This document shows positions 20,155-30,232 of a stretch of DNA of 64,000 nucleotides, in pieces. The stretch's first letter is position 1. The number at the start of each line of letters is the position of its first letter. Both the position numbers and the translations under genes were made by a program. Below the pieces are notes generated by a model, which saw only the letters and a list, made by a program, of their open reading frames with translations, was not told the origin of the DNA and did not search any database. This DNA is from Rhodospirillaceae bacterium (GTDB lineage: Bacteria; Pseudomonadota; Alphaproteobacteria; SHVP01), in the NCBI GenBank assembly GCA_002722055.1, contig PBKD01000014.1:16533-80532 (forward strand), given 5' to 3'.

Positions 20155-21276
20155 ATGCCTAAGCCTGGATATCACGGAATTATGCCTGACATAAGCCATG
20201 ATGAAAATGCATTGATGGATTTTGTTGGTAGTTTTAAAAGTTATGTAACCTCAGATATTCAAAGTGGAAACAAAGAAGTTTATGAAAAATTAATTGTTCC
20301 AAAATTTAATAAAACTCATTCTCGAAACCCAAAAGACCGGCATGAAGTTCATAAAGAAATGAGAAAGCAGAATTATTGGCAATTCTCAGGTTCTTTATCT
20401 CGTCTATATCAAGAGTTAAAGCAAGAAGCGAGCGATATTAATGTTTACAGACAAGCCGACTTACTTGCAAAAAAAGCAAAGTCCTTTAGATCAAAAAATT
20501 CTAAAAGCACCTTGGAACTGAATCCTAAATTAAAAGTTCCAAAGTATCTATCTGCTGTTGATATCCACCTTCTTCCAGGATGTTATTATACCGAAAGAAC
20601 TAAAGATGATGTAACTGCAGGCGCAATGTACGACCCTGGGGTTTATATGTTTGCCCTTGGCTCTATGGGAAAATATAATGAGGATATGGGTGAAGCTGTT
20701 ATAAGGTGGCTTGAAAAAAATCATCCAGATTTATCTCCAGATCAAATACTTGATATGGGGTGTTCTGTTGGTCACTGTACATTACCATATGCTCAGAAAT
20801 TTCCTCAATCAGAAATCACTGCAATTGATATTGGAGCACCTGTGCTAAGGTATGCACAAGCTCGATCTGAGAGTTTAGGTTATAGAATACATTTCAAACA
20901 ACAAAATGCTGAAAAAACTAAATTTAAAGACGAGTCATTTGATCTGATTGTTTCGCACATTTTACTTCATGAAACATCAAGAAAAGCAACTTACAACATA
21001 ATGAAAGAGTGCTATAGACTATTAAAACCTGGAGGGATTGTTGTTCATGCAGATGTGCCGATAAATAATAAAAAGCTTGACCCTTTTAATGCTTTCACTA
21101 GAGACTGGAGCACTCATTATAACGCAGAACCATTCTGGGGAACCTTACACGATATGGATTTAAATGACCCAGCTCTATCTGCAGGTTTTAATTCAAAAAA
21201 AATATTTATAGATAATGCCCCTAAAATTAAAGATTCAAAAATGCCACCATGGCTTGTTTTCGGAGCAATAAAATAG
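20155..21276 (+). CDS. Class I SAM-dependent methyltransferase (UbiE/COQ5-like core) with a ~200-aa N-terminal extension, paralog A
   Basis: It has motif I ILDMGCSVGH, an acidic residue after beta-2 (AIDIG) and post-I..III motifs (FDLIVS...LLKPGGIVV). It is ~55% identical over the core to the ORF at 61796. Confidence 0.75.
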   Translation: MPKPGYHGIMPDISHDENALMDFVGSFKSYVTSDIQSGNKEVYEKLIVPKFNKTHSRNPKDRHEVHKEMRKQNYWQFSGSLSRLYQELKQEASDINVYRQADLLAKKAKSFRSKNSKSTLELNPKLKVPKYLSAVDIHLLPGCYYTERTKDDVTAGAMYDPGVYMFALGSMGKYNEDMGEAVIRWLEKNHPDLSPDQILDMGCSVGHCTLPYAQKFPQSEITAIDIGAPVLRYAQARSESLGYRIHFKQQNAEKTKFKDESFDLIVSHILLHETSRKATYNIMKECYRLLKPGGIVVHADVPINNKKLDPFNAFTRDWSTHYNAEPFWGTLHDMDLNDPALSAGFNSKKIFIDNAPKIKDSKMPPWLVFGAIK

Positions 21277-21324
21277 AATTAGTTACTACAAACTACAGAT
21301 AAACTTTTAAAAAATTTTTAAGAA

Positions 21325-22329
21325 TTATAAATCTTTTATTGTTTTTAACAAATCAGAATTAATTTCTCTAGGCTCATTTGACAATCGATTTTTATATCTC
21401 CTTTCACCAGGAAGCCTTAGGTCTTTACCCGGCAGACCTGATAAACGATTGAAAAATTCATCACAGTGTTCTTGCCAATTATCTATAGCTATTACTTCTG
21501 GGGATAAAGCTAATAAGAATTGGCCACCTATAGGAGGACCCCCATCCCCAATATCCTTATCTTTAGTTTCATCTGAAAAAGTCTCACCTATTAAGCCAGC
21601 AGTAAGTAACTCAACCATCAGAGACAAACCATAACCTTTATGTCCTCCAAATGGCAGCAGAACTCCACCATCTACTATTTTTTTCGGATCTTTTGTTAAC
21701 TGCCCTGTTGCATCAAGACCTGTTCCCTCAGGAACTTCATGTCCATCTCGAGCTGCAACTTGGACTTCACCCATTGCCATTGCAGCAGTCGCCATATCAT
21801 AAACAACATGATTTTTTCCTGGCCTAGGCCAAGCAAATGCAATTGGGTTCGTCCCAAAAAAAGCTTTAGTTGCTCCCACTGGGGCTACAAATGGCAAATA
21901 GTTTGTGCATGCTAGTCCAGCTAAATTATGATCTGCAATGGCCTCAACTTCTGGCCATAAAGCGGCCATATGAACACACCGATTAATTGCAGCTACGGCC
22001 ACACCATTAGTTTGCGCAGCCTTAGCTAACTCAGGTATAACCAAAGCATGAGCTGTTGGAGCCAAACCTGACTGAGCATCAACTCTTATTAATGATGGGG
22101 TAATATGAGATAATTCAGGTCTAGCAGTTGGATTTATCTTACCAGACTTAAGACTATTTATATAAGCAGGTAATCTGAATAAACCATGAGAAATGGAGCC
22201 ATCTCGTTCAGCATGTTTTATAGTTTTGGATAGAATAGAAGCATTGTGTTCATCAGCCCCAGCATTTATAAGTTTTTCAAATGCCAATTCGTAAATTTCA
22301 TCTAGGGTTAAATATTCATTCTCACTCAT
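21325..22329 (-). CDS. Ldh_2-family (malate/L-lactate dehydrogenase type 2) oxidoreductase
   Basis: It shows the family's conserved HG.FR.P, G.NP.A...P and H.G.G segments. The family includes AllD ureidoglycolate dehydrogenase, pyrroline/piperideine-2-carboxylate reductases and sulfolactate dehydrogenase. Confidence 0.7.
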   Translation of the reverse strand: MSENEYLTLDEIYELAFEKLINAGADEHNASILSKTIKHAERDGSISHGLFRLPAYINSLKSGKINPTARPELSHITPSLIRVDAQSGLAPTAHALVIPELAKAAQTNGVAVAAINRCVHMAALWPEVEAIADHNLAGLACTNYLPFVAPVGATKAFFGTNPIAFAWPRPGKNHVVYDMATAAMAMGEVQVAARDGHEVPEGTGLDATGQLTKDPKKIVDGGVLLPFGGHKGYGLSLMVELLTAGLIGETFSDETKDKDIGDGGPPIGGQFLLALSPEVIAIDNWQEHCDEFFNRLSGLPGKDLRLPGERRYKNRLSNEPREINSDLLKTIKDL

Positions 22330-22367
22330 TTGATTACTTCCTTATTATATTTATTAATTAATTTAAA

Positions 22368-22489
22368 TTAGATGATAAACTGTTATTATGAATTATTGAA
22401 TTAAATAATCTTAAAAAATAATATAAAATTAGATGATAAACTGTTATTATGAATTGTTGAATTAAATAATCTTAAAAAATAATATAAAA
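22368..22489. repeat. 61-bp x 2 perfect-but-one tandem direct repeat in the divergent promoter region of the Ldh_2 gene and soxB
   Basis: Unit ttagatgataaactgttattatgaatt[a/g]ttgaattaaataatcttaaaaaataatataaaa. Copy 1 spans 22368-22428 and copy 2 spans 22429-22489. The two copies differ by a single mismatch. Confidence 0.9.
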
Positions 22490-22500
22490 ACGGTATTCTT

Positions 22501-23769
22501 TTGAAACAATTTTCGACTTGGCAAGTATTAAAAAATGGGTTTATCAATCAAAAGGGTTGGAAACGACAATGGGAGGATGCTGCTCCTAAAAAAAACTATG
22601 ATATCATAATTGTTGGAGGCGGATTGCATGGACTAGCAACTGCATATTATTTAGCAAAGAACTTCAAACTTAAAAATATTGCAGTTTTAGAAAAAAACTG
22701 GATTGGAGGAGGTAATGCTGGCCGTAATACAACAATTATTAGGTCAAATTATATGCTAAAAGGAAATAGAGAATTCTATGAACATTCTCTAAAACTTTGG
22801 GAAAATCTTAGTCATGAATTAAACTATAATGTTATGTTCAGCCAAAGATCCCATGTTAGCCTTTACCATTCCCCTTCCGCTATTGATAATGCTTCAAGGC
22901 GCTATAACATAATGCTTAATACTGGCTCTGATGCTGAACTATGGTCACTTAAAACTCTTAAGAAAAAAATTCCACATTTAAATTATTCTGATGACTCTAG
23001 GTTCCCAATATATGGAGCATTAGTTCAAAAGCGAGCCGGAACGGCTAGACATGATGCAGTTGCTTGGGGATACGCAAGAGCAGCCAATAACTTAGGTGTA
23101 GATATTATTCAAAATTGTGAGGTTAATGGAGTGATAACAAAAAATAATAACATTGTATCTCTCAATACTTCAAAGGGGAATATTCAAGGTGGAAAAGTTG
23201 GATTTGCAGTAGCTGGCCACTCTTCGATACTTTGGCAGATGGCTAACTTAGGGAATCTTCCTATTGAGAGTCATAAGCTACAAGCATTTGTGACTGAACC
23301 AATTAAGCCTCTACTAGATCAAGTAGTCGTATTTAGTGTAGGTGGCGCTCATTTCTATATATCTCAATCAGATAAAGGTGGATTAGTTTTTGGGGGGGAT
23401 ATTGACTGGTACAAATCTTATGCCCAAAAAGGAAATTTACCAATTGTACAAGATGTTGCGGAATGCGCAATATCTGTTCTTCCTTGTATTAGCCGTTTAA
23501 AATTGTTACGTCATTGGTCCGGTGTTGTGGATATGTCAATGGACGGGTCGTTCTTTATCTGCAAAACACCCTTAAATAATCTCTATCTCAATGCAGGTTG
23601 GAATTATGGTGGATTTAAAGCAAGTCCGGCCTCAGGTTGGTATTTTGCAGATCTAATTGCCAATGATAGACCAAATAGAGTTATTCAAAATCATAATTTA
23701 AAACGGTTTGAAAAAGGTTATCAGATTGATGAAAGAGGAGCAGGACCAGACCCTAAATTGCATGGTTAA
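22501..23769 (+). CDS. soxB: Sarcosine oxidase beta subunit
   Basis: It has the FAD fingerprint YDIIIVGGGLHGLATAYYLAK, NTTIIRSNY and the C-terminal H.SG..D.S.DG motif. The apparent start is TTG. Confidence 0.9.
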   Translation: MKQFSTWQVLKNGFINQKGWKRQWEDAAPKKNYDIIIVGGGLHGLATAYYLAKNFKLKNIAVLEKNWIGGGNAGRNTTIIRSNYMLKGNREFYEHSLKLWENLSHELNYNVMFSQRSHVSLYHSPSAIDNASRRYNIMLNTGSDAELWSLKTLKKKIPHLNYSDDSRFPIYGALVQKRAGTARHDAVAWGYARAANNLGVDIIQNCEVNGVITKNNNIVSLNTSKGNIQGGKVGFAVAGHSSILWQMANLGNLPIESHKLQAFVTEPIKPLLDQVVVFSVGGAHFYISQSDKGGLVFGGDIDWYKSYAQKGNLPIVQDVAECAISVLPCISRLKLLRHWSGVVDMSMDGSFFICKTPLNNLYLNAGWNYGGFKASPASGWYFADLIANDRPNRVIQNHNLKRFEKGYQIDERGAGPDPKLHG

Positions 23770-23778
23770 GAAATTATA

Positions 23779-24063
23779 ATGATAATAATTAAGTGTCCAT
23801 TTTGTGGCTCAAGAGGTCATAATGAATTTAAATATGGAGGTGACGGAAGCATAAAATATCCTGATCTTCATGATCCCATCACCGATTGGCATGATGCAGT
23901 TTTTCAGCGAAAAAATATTGCTGGCATTCAAACTGAAACCTGGCAACATATCCATGGATGCAGAATGTGGCTTTTAGTAGATAGAGACACGTTGACACAT
24001 AAAATTATATCAGTACGTCCAGCGAATCCTAATATAATTAATATTTTAGAAAAAAATTCATGA
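23779..24063 (+). CDS. soxD: Sarcosine oxidase delta subunit
   Basis: It begins MIIIKCPFCGSRGHNEF, a zinc-ribbon start typical of SoxD. It is 94 aa. Confidence 0.88.
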   Translation: MIIIKCPFCGSRGHNEFKYGGDGSIKYPDLHDPITDWHDAVFQRKNIAGIQTETWQHIHGCRMWLLVDRDTLTHKIISVRPANPNIINILEKNS

Positions 24064-26978
24064 CAATACAAAGAGTAAATAAAGATAATAAAAATGCTAT
24101 TTCTTTTTATTGGAATGGAAAATTATTGAAAGGGAAAAAAGGAGACACTCTTTCAGCAGCATTGCTAGCAAATAATAAATTATTTATAGCTAGAAGTTTT
24201 AAATATCACAGGCCAAGAGGAATCACATCTTCTGGAGTAGAAGAAGGAGCATTAGTTACTTTAGGTAAAAATGCATCTACTGAACCAAATGTTAACCCAT
24301 CTACTACCGAGTTATATAATAACCTTGAAGCTTTTTCTCAAAACGCTTGGCCTTCCCTCTATTTTGATTTTGGATACATATTAAATTTTCTAAGTAAATT
24401 TTTTGCGGCAGGTTTTTACTATAAAATGTTTATTGGCATTCCACCTTTTGAATGGGGAAAAGGAACTTCAGCGTGGATGTTTTTTGAAAAATATATCAGG
24501 AAAATAGCTGGTTTTGGAAAAGCATCGAGACAAAAAGATCCAAGCGATTATGACAATCTAAATTCTTTTATTGATATATTAGTTATTGGCTCAGGCCCAT
24601 CCGGCATTAACGCAGCTCTATCTGCTTCTAAAGCTGGTTTTGACGTCATGTTAGTAGAACAAGATTTTGAGTTAGGCGGAAACTATCTGAACCACCAAAA
24701 TAAACATAAATTAAATTTATTAAAAGAACAATTACTTAAATATCACGTAAAACTAAAAACAAGAACTACTGCTTTTGGAATTTATGACGATAAATGTGTT
24801 GCCCTAGTTGAAAAATTTGATCCATCACAAATAAGTAAAAATAAAATAAGACAAAGACTACACATATGTCGTGCAAAAAAAATTATTCTTGCAACTGGAG
24901 CAATTGAAAGAACATATGCTTTTGGCAATAATGACCTTCCAGGAATAATGACTGTTAATGCAGGAAAATCTTACCTAAACAGATACAAAATATTAGTTGG
25001 AAAAAAAATAATTATTTCCACAAATAATGACTCCGTTTATGAAACTGCTCTTGAATTAAATAATGCAGGTGCGAACGTAGTTATTCTTGATGCTAGAGCG
25101 CAACTCAGTAATTCACAAAATAATTTAATTAAAAATTCTAATATTAGACTTTTGTTGAATACTGTTGTGCATAGAGCATTAGGCAAGAAGTGCGTAAAGT
25201 TAGTTGAAACAGCTAAAGAAAAAAATAGCAAATGGCAAAAATCAATTAGAATTAATTGTGATTGTTTATTAATTTCAGCAGGGTGGTCTCCTGTAATACA
25301 TTTAGCGGCACCTCATAGTGAAAAGCCAGTATGGAGTCATGAACAAGCCTGTTTTTTACCAGGAAAAAATAACCAGGATATTATTTTTGTTGGCTCTGCT
25401 GCAGGTATCTGGAATACATTAAATTGTGAAAAGTCAGGTAATATTGTAAACGAAAATAAATTAAATCAAAAGAGTGAAAAAAATTCGGTTTTACCTTTAT
25501 TTCAAACACCAATAAATAACAATAAATCTAAAAATTTTGTTGACTTTCAACATGATGTAACTATTTCTGACATAAAACTCGCTCATCAAGAAGGCTTTAC
25601 TTCTGTTGAACATTTGAAACGATACACAACTCTTGGTATGGCTTCAGATCAAGGAAAAAATGGTAATATAATTGGTTTAGCCATTATGGGCTCTGCACTA
25701 AATAAAGAAATTAATGAGGTGGGCACATCAAAATTTCGTCCTCCATATACTCCAGTTACTATTGGTGCACTTGCATCAAGAAATAAAGATGAAGGATTCA
25801 AATTAATGAGAAGAACTCCTTTTCATGAATGGAACAAAACAAAAAATTGCGTCATGATTGAAACAGGGTTATGGCAAAGGCCCTGGTTCTATCCATTTGA
25901 AAGTCAAAAATTAGAAGACGCATCTTGTAATGAAGTAAAAATTACTAGAAAAAATGTTGGCATATGTGACGTCAGCACATTAGGAAAAATAATGCTCCAA
26001 GGCCCAGATGCTTCCATATTTTTAGATAATATTTACATAAACTCATTTAGCAAATTATCTGTTGGTAAAGCTCGATATGGTATTATGCTAAGAGATGATG
26101 GTTTTATTTTAGATGATGGAACTGTTTGGAGAATTTCTGAGGATTGTTACTTAATTACTACAACCACAAACCAAGCTGGTATTGTAATGAGTTGGCTAGA
26201 AGAACTATCACAAGTACGCTGGCCAGATTTGCAAATTCACCTTACATCTGTAACAGACCAATGGGCTGGTTGCGCCATAGCTGGGCCAAAAAGTCGAAAA
26301 GTTATTGAACAACTTGCAATTAATAAAGAAGAAGTTTCTGACGAAAACCTACCATTTATGGGGGTTAAAAAATTAAAAATAGAAACAATTGAGTGTTTGA
26401 TAGCAAGAATTAGCTTTTCTGGTGAACTTGCTTATGAAGTTTATATACCAAGTGACTTTGCAAATTCATTAATTGAAAAAATATGGGAGGAAGCATCTAA
26501 TTTTAATGGATGTTTATATGGCTCTGAAGCTCTTGGTACCATGAGAATAGAAAAAGGTCATGTTGGAGGATCAGAGTTAGACGGAAGGGTAACTGTAGAT
26601 GATATTCAACTCAACAAAATGATTTCCAAAAAAAAATCTTTTATTGGAAACACTCTTCGTTTAAGAGAAGGTCTTATTAAACCAGGAAGACCAAGACTTG
26701 TAGGTATTTTCCCAATTGATAAAAATTCTAAGTTTAAGAGTGGTGGCCTCTTATACACTTCTGAGAAAATATCAGGTTATCCAATAGGTTGGGTAACTTC
26801 AGCAACTTATTCTCCAATGATGGGGCACTATATTGGTCTAGGTTTTATTGAAAATGGGCTTGATCGTTCAATTAATGAAGAAATAATTTTGATAGACAAG
26901 TTAAAGTCAATAAAAATTCCAGTAGATATTGTATCACCGCAAATGTATGACCCGGAAGGAAAAAAACTTAATGTATAA
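24060..26978 (+). CDS. soxA: Sarcosine oxidase alpha subunit
   Basis: It is 972 aa with an NAD/FAD-binding region (VIGSGPSGINAAL) and a C-terminal GcvT-like aminomethyltransferase fold. There is an ATGA overlap with soxD. Confidence 0.9.
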   Translation: MTIQRVNKDNKNAISFYWNGKLLKGKKGDTLSAALLANNKLFIARSFKYHRPRGITSSGVEEGALVTLGKNASTEPNVNPSTTELYNNLEAFSQNAWPSLYFDFGYILNFLSKFFAAGFYYKMFIGIPPFEWGKGTSAWMFFEKYIRKIAGFGKASRQKDPSDYDNLNSFIDILVIGSGPSGINAALSASKAGFDVMLVEQDFELGGNYLNHQNKHKLNLLKEQLLKYHVKLKTRTTAFGIYDDKCVALVEKFDPSQISKNKIRQRLHICRAKKIILATGAIERTYAFGNNDLPGIMTVNAGKSYLNRYKILVGKKIIISTNNDSVYETALELNNAGANVVILDARAQLSNSQNNLIKNSNIRLLLNTVVHRALGKKCVKLVETAKEKNSKWQKSIRINCDCLLISAGWSPVIHLAAPHSEKPVWSHEQACFLPGKNNQDIIFVGSAAGIWNTLNCEKSGNIVNENKLNQKSEKNSVLPLFQTPINNNKSKNFVDFQHDVTISDIKLAHQEGFTSVEHLKRYTTLGMASDQGKNGNIIGLAIMGSALNKEINEVGTSKFRPPYTPVTIGALASRNKDEGFKLMRRTPFHEWNKTKNCVMIETGLWQRPWFYPFESQKLEDASCNEVKITRKNVGICDVSTLGKIMLQGPDASIFLDNIYINSFSKLSVGKARYGIMLRDDGFILDDGTVWRISEDCYLITTTTNQAGIVMSWLEELSQVRWPDLQIHLTSVTDQWAGCAIAGPKSRKVIEQLAINKEEVSDENLPFMGVKKLKIETIECLIARISFSGELAYEVYIPSDFANSLIEKIWEEASNFNGCLYGSEALGTMRIEKGHVGGSELDGRVTVDDIQLNKMISKKKSFIGNTLRLREGLIKPGRPRLVGIFPIDKNSKFKSGGLLYTSEKISGYPIGWVTSATYSPMMGHYIGLGFIENGLDRSINEEIILIDKLKSIKIPVDIVSPQMYDPEGKKLNV

Positions 26979-27540
26979 ATATTTAAAAAGAACAAATGCG
27001 CTTGATACTTACTTAACTCAAGGAATAAATAATAATGCCACAATTTTTTTTTCTATTGAACGTGAAATTAAAATTCAACAAATTGGAACATGGCATAAAA
27101 ATTTTAACGAGGTAGTAAATTACCTTAACTCTTTTATAACAAATAGTGACTGCGCAAAGCATGGTTTAGTAAATTTAGGTAAAAATTTTTGTATTATAAG
27201 AAATGAACCACTTAGATGGTGGATAATGGGAGATTCCGATAAGATTATTTCATCGTTAAATACAGAAAATGCTGTTAATTTAGATATTTCTCATAGTTGG
27301 GTAAAATTAAATATAAGTGGATTAAATTCAGAAAAGCTTCTTTTACATCATATCCCTCTAGACCTAAGAGATAAAAAATTTCCAATATTTAATTTCAAAT
27401 CATCTTCAATACATAACATAGGAGTTAAATTATTAAAAAATCAAAAAGGGTATTCTCTTTTTTTACCCAGAAGCTTCTCTGTATCTATATGGAAGCAATT
27501 AATAAAAACTGCAGATCAATACCAATATCAGATTAATTGA
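26971..27540 (+). CDS. soxG: Sarcosine oxidase gamma subunit
   Basis: It takes the fourth position of the operon and is ~190 aa. The ATG at 26971 overlaps the soxA stop. The longest ORF would start at 26929. Confidence 0.75.
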   Translation: MYKYLKRTNALDTYLTQGINNNATIFFSIEREIKIQQIGTWHKNFNEVVNYLNSFITNSDCAKHGLVNLGKNFCIIRNEPLRWWIMGDSDKIISSLNTENAVNLDISHSWVKLNISGLNSEKLLLHHIPLDLRDKKFPIFNFKSSSIHNIGVKLLKNQKGYSLFLPRSFSVSIWKQLIKTADQYQYQIN

Positions 27541-27565
27541 CTTAAAAGAGTTTAAGAAATAATTC

Positions 27566-28441
27566 TTATAACTCTCTATGACTTACTTCAACTTCATAAT
27601 CTGAACTAATCAGAGAATTAGCTATTTCTTCTGCGACAAAGACTGAACGATGCTGACCCCCAGTACATCCTATTGAAATTGTCAAATATGCTTTTCCTTC
27701 AGCTTTGTAAAGGGGCAATAAGCTTGAAATCATATTACTTAAATTATCAAAAAAAGATTTGTACTCAGGGTCAGTCATTATATATTTTCCGACCTCACTA
27801 TCTCTACCTGTTTTTGATCGCAACGAATCATCATAAAAAGGGTTTTTTAAGAATCGAACATCAAATACCAAATCAGACTCTCTGGGAAGACCATTAGGAA
27901 AAGCAAAAGATTTAATACCTATAGCTATTGTATTAGTATCCTTGAGAGTATAATTACCACTTATTAGTTGCCTAAGATCATTTACACCCATCAAAGAGGT
28001 ATCAATTACCAAATTAGCTGTTTCTCTAAGTGGTTTAATTATCTCATTTTCAACCCTAATTCCATCAATAAGATTCGAATCCTTAGCTAAAGGATGTTTT
28101 CTTCTAGTTTTTGTATACCTCTGAGAGAGGGTGTTTTCATCACAATCTAAGAAAACTGTTTCTAATTTAAATTTTTCAATATTTTTAATTGACTCTAAAT
28201 CTTTAATAAAATTGATTGCATCAAAACTACTTGTTCTAATATTTAATCCAACAGCTATTGCTTTAGAACTGATTTTTTCCTCACCTAAATTAATTTTATT
28301 AAAGAAACCTAGCAGAAGTGAAACAGGAACATTGTCCATAGTTTCATAACCAAGATCCTCTAAAATTTTTAATACGGTAGACAGACCTGCTCCTGAACGT
28401 CCTGTCACAAATAAAATAAATAACTTCTCTTCATTAGACAC
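27566..28441 (-). CDS. rapZ: RNase adapter protein RapZ (YhbJ-type P-loop NTPase)
   Basis: It has the N-terminal Walker A GRSGAGLSTV and the C-terminal GCTGGQHRS motif. Confidence 0.88.
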   Translation of the reverse strand: MSNEEKLFILFVTGRSGAGLSTVLKILEDLGYETMDNVPVSLLLGFFNKINLGEEKISSKAIAVGLNIRTSSFDAINFIKDLESIKNIEKFKLETVFLDCDENTLSQRYTKTRRKHPLAKDSNLIDGIRVENEIIKPLRETANLVIDTSLMGVNDLRQLISGNYTLKDTNTIAIGIKSFAFPNGLPRESDLVFDVRFLKNPFYDDSLRSKTGRDSEVGKYIMTDPEYKSFFDNLSNMISSLLPLYKAEGKAYLTISIGCTGGQHRSVFVAEEIANSLISSDYEVEVSHREL

Positions 28442-28552
28442 AAATGATTACCTATTTTTATTTTTAAATAACTTATCTAATTATAAATCAATAATTTACT
28501 TATGTTTAGTAAAATTTCTATAGAATCATAATATAATATTTCATATATTGAT

Positions 28553-29077
28553 ATGATGGTGAACAAAAATCTATTTTTATTAAGACATGCAAAATCTGAA
28601 TTAAACCCTGATTTTGACGATAAAGATAGAATTCTATCTACTAAAGGCGTTATAGACTCAGAATTAGTCGGACAATATCTTACTAAATTAGATTCTCAAC
28701 CTGAGTATATAATCTGCTCATCAGCAAAAAGAACATTGCAGACTTTTCAAATTATATCCGAGTTGTTGAGAAAAAAAACAGAGAATTACATTACAGACGA
28801 TTTATATAATGCTAGCCTAGAAGAGATTATAAAAATAATTAATGATATACCTGAAAACTTTCAGAATGTTATGTTAATAGGTCATAACCCTGGAATACAT
28901 AATATAGCAACGTATCTTTCTTCTCCATCTAAAGAAAGTATATATTTAAAATTACTGCAATCCTACCCAACTAGCACTTTATCTATTTTAAACTTCAACA
29001 TAGTTTCTTGGAATAAGGCAAGATATCAATCAGGAAAACTTATAGACCTCACAGAACCAAAAATTTTAAAGAAGTAG
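28553..29077 (+). CDS. Histidine-phosphatase-family protein (SixA-like phosphohistidine phosphatase)
   Basis: It has the LLRHAKS RHG-type catalytic motif and the C-terminal H in GHNPG. It is ~170 aa. Confidence 0.7.
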   Translation: MMVNKNLFLLRHAKSELNPDFDDKDRILSTKGVIDSELVGQYLTKLDSQPEYIICSSAKRTLQTFQIISELLRKKTENYITDDLYNASLEEIIKIINDIPENFQNVMLIGHNPGIHNIATYLSSPSKESIYLKLLQSYPTSTLSILNFNIVSWNKARYQSGKLIDLTEPKILKK

Positions 29078-29185
29078 ATTAATCGTAATTTTAAAAAATA
29101 TTACAGAAATATTAAATTTTTCTAATTTATAAAATACAATCAATTAAAAAGTTGATTTAAAAAAAATAATATCTTAAAAAAAGTT

Positions 29186-30223
29186 ATGAAAATAGGAATT
29201 AACGGGGCTGGTAGGATTGGCAGACTGGTGATCAGAGCTGCGCTAGGAGGATTAAATAGAGACAACCTTGATCCAAATAAGAACCTGTCGGACTTTACAA
29301 TTGCCCATGTAAATGAGATGGCATGCCCTTTGGGAAGCACTGCTCACCTTTTAGAATTTGATAGTATCCATGGCAGATGGAATAAATCAATAACTCATGA
29401 CTTTAATAAAAAATTATTCATAGACAAAAGCGAAATTTCATATACTCAAGAAACTGAAATATCTGATGTCAAATGGGGAGACTTAGGGTGTGATATTGTT
29501 ATTGATTGCACAGGAAACCATAAAGAAATTTCCTCATTAAAAAATTATTTTAAAAGTGGTGTAAAAAAAGTTTTAGTATCAGCTCCTATAGACGACCCTA
29601 ATGTATTGAACTTAGTATACGGAATAAATCATGAAAAATATGACCCCAAAAAAAATGATATCATTACAGCTGCTTCATGCACAACAAATTGTTTAGCACC
29701 AATAATTAAAGTAATACATGAGAATATAGGGATTCAAAGGGGTCAGATCACTACAATACATAACCCTACTAATACAAATACTGTTATTGATAAACCTCAT
29801 AAAGATTTAAGAAGAGCACGGTCTTCTCTTATTTCACTTCAACCTACAACCACAGGAAGTGCAACTGCAATTGGATTAATATACCCTGAACTAGAAGAAA
29901 GATTAAATGGTCACGCAGTTCGAGTGCCAGTTCTTAATGCCAGCCTGACAGATTGTGTCCTACAGCTTGAATCAGAAACTAATAAAAGTGAAGTCAATGA
30001 ATTATTTCGAATTGCATCTCAATCTTACCTAAAAGGTATTTTAGGATTTGAAAATAGACCACTTGTCTCCTCTGATTATACCAACGATACTCGTAGTTCA
30101 ATAATTGATGGTTTGAGCACACTAATTACTGATAACTCTTTATTAAAAGTCTATGCGTGGTATGACAATGAAGTTGGATATGCTTGCAGAATGCTTGATC
30201 TTGTAAATCATATAAGACAGTAA
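29186..30223 (+). CDS. gap: Glyceraldehyde-3-phosphate dehydrogenase (type I)
   Basis: It has NGAGRIGR NAD binding, the exact catalytic ASCTTNCLAP and the C-terminal WYDNEVGY. Confidence 0.9.
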   Translation: MKIGINGAGRIGRLVIRAALGGLNRDNLDPNKNLSDFTIAHVNEMACPLGSTAHLLEFDSIHGRWNKSITHDFNKKLFIDKSEISYTQETEISDVKWGDLGCDIVIDCTGNHKEISSLKNYFKSGVKKVLVSAPIDDPNVLNLVYGINHEKYDPKKNDIITAASCTTNCLAPIIKVIHENIGIQRGQITTIHNPTNTNTVIDKPHKDLRRARSSLISLQPTTTGSATAIGLIYPELEERLNGHAVRVPVLNASLTDCVLQLESETNKSEVNELFRIASQSYLKGILGFENRPLVSSDYTNDTRSSIIDGLSTLITDNSLLKVYAWYDNEVGYACRMLDLVNHIRQ

Positions 30224-30232
30224 CTTAATTTT

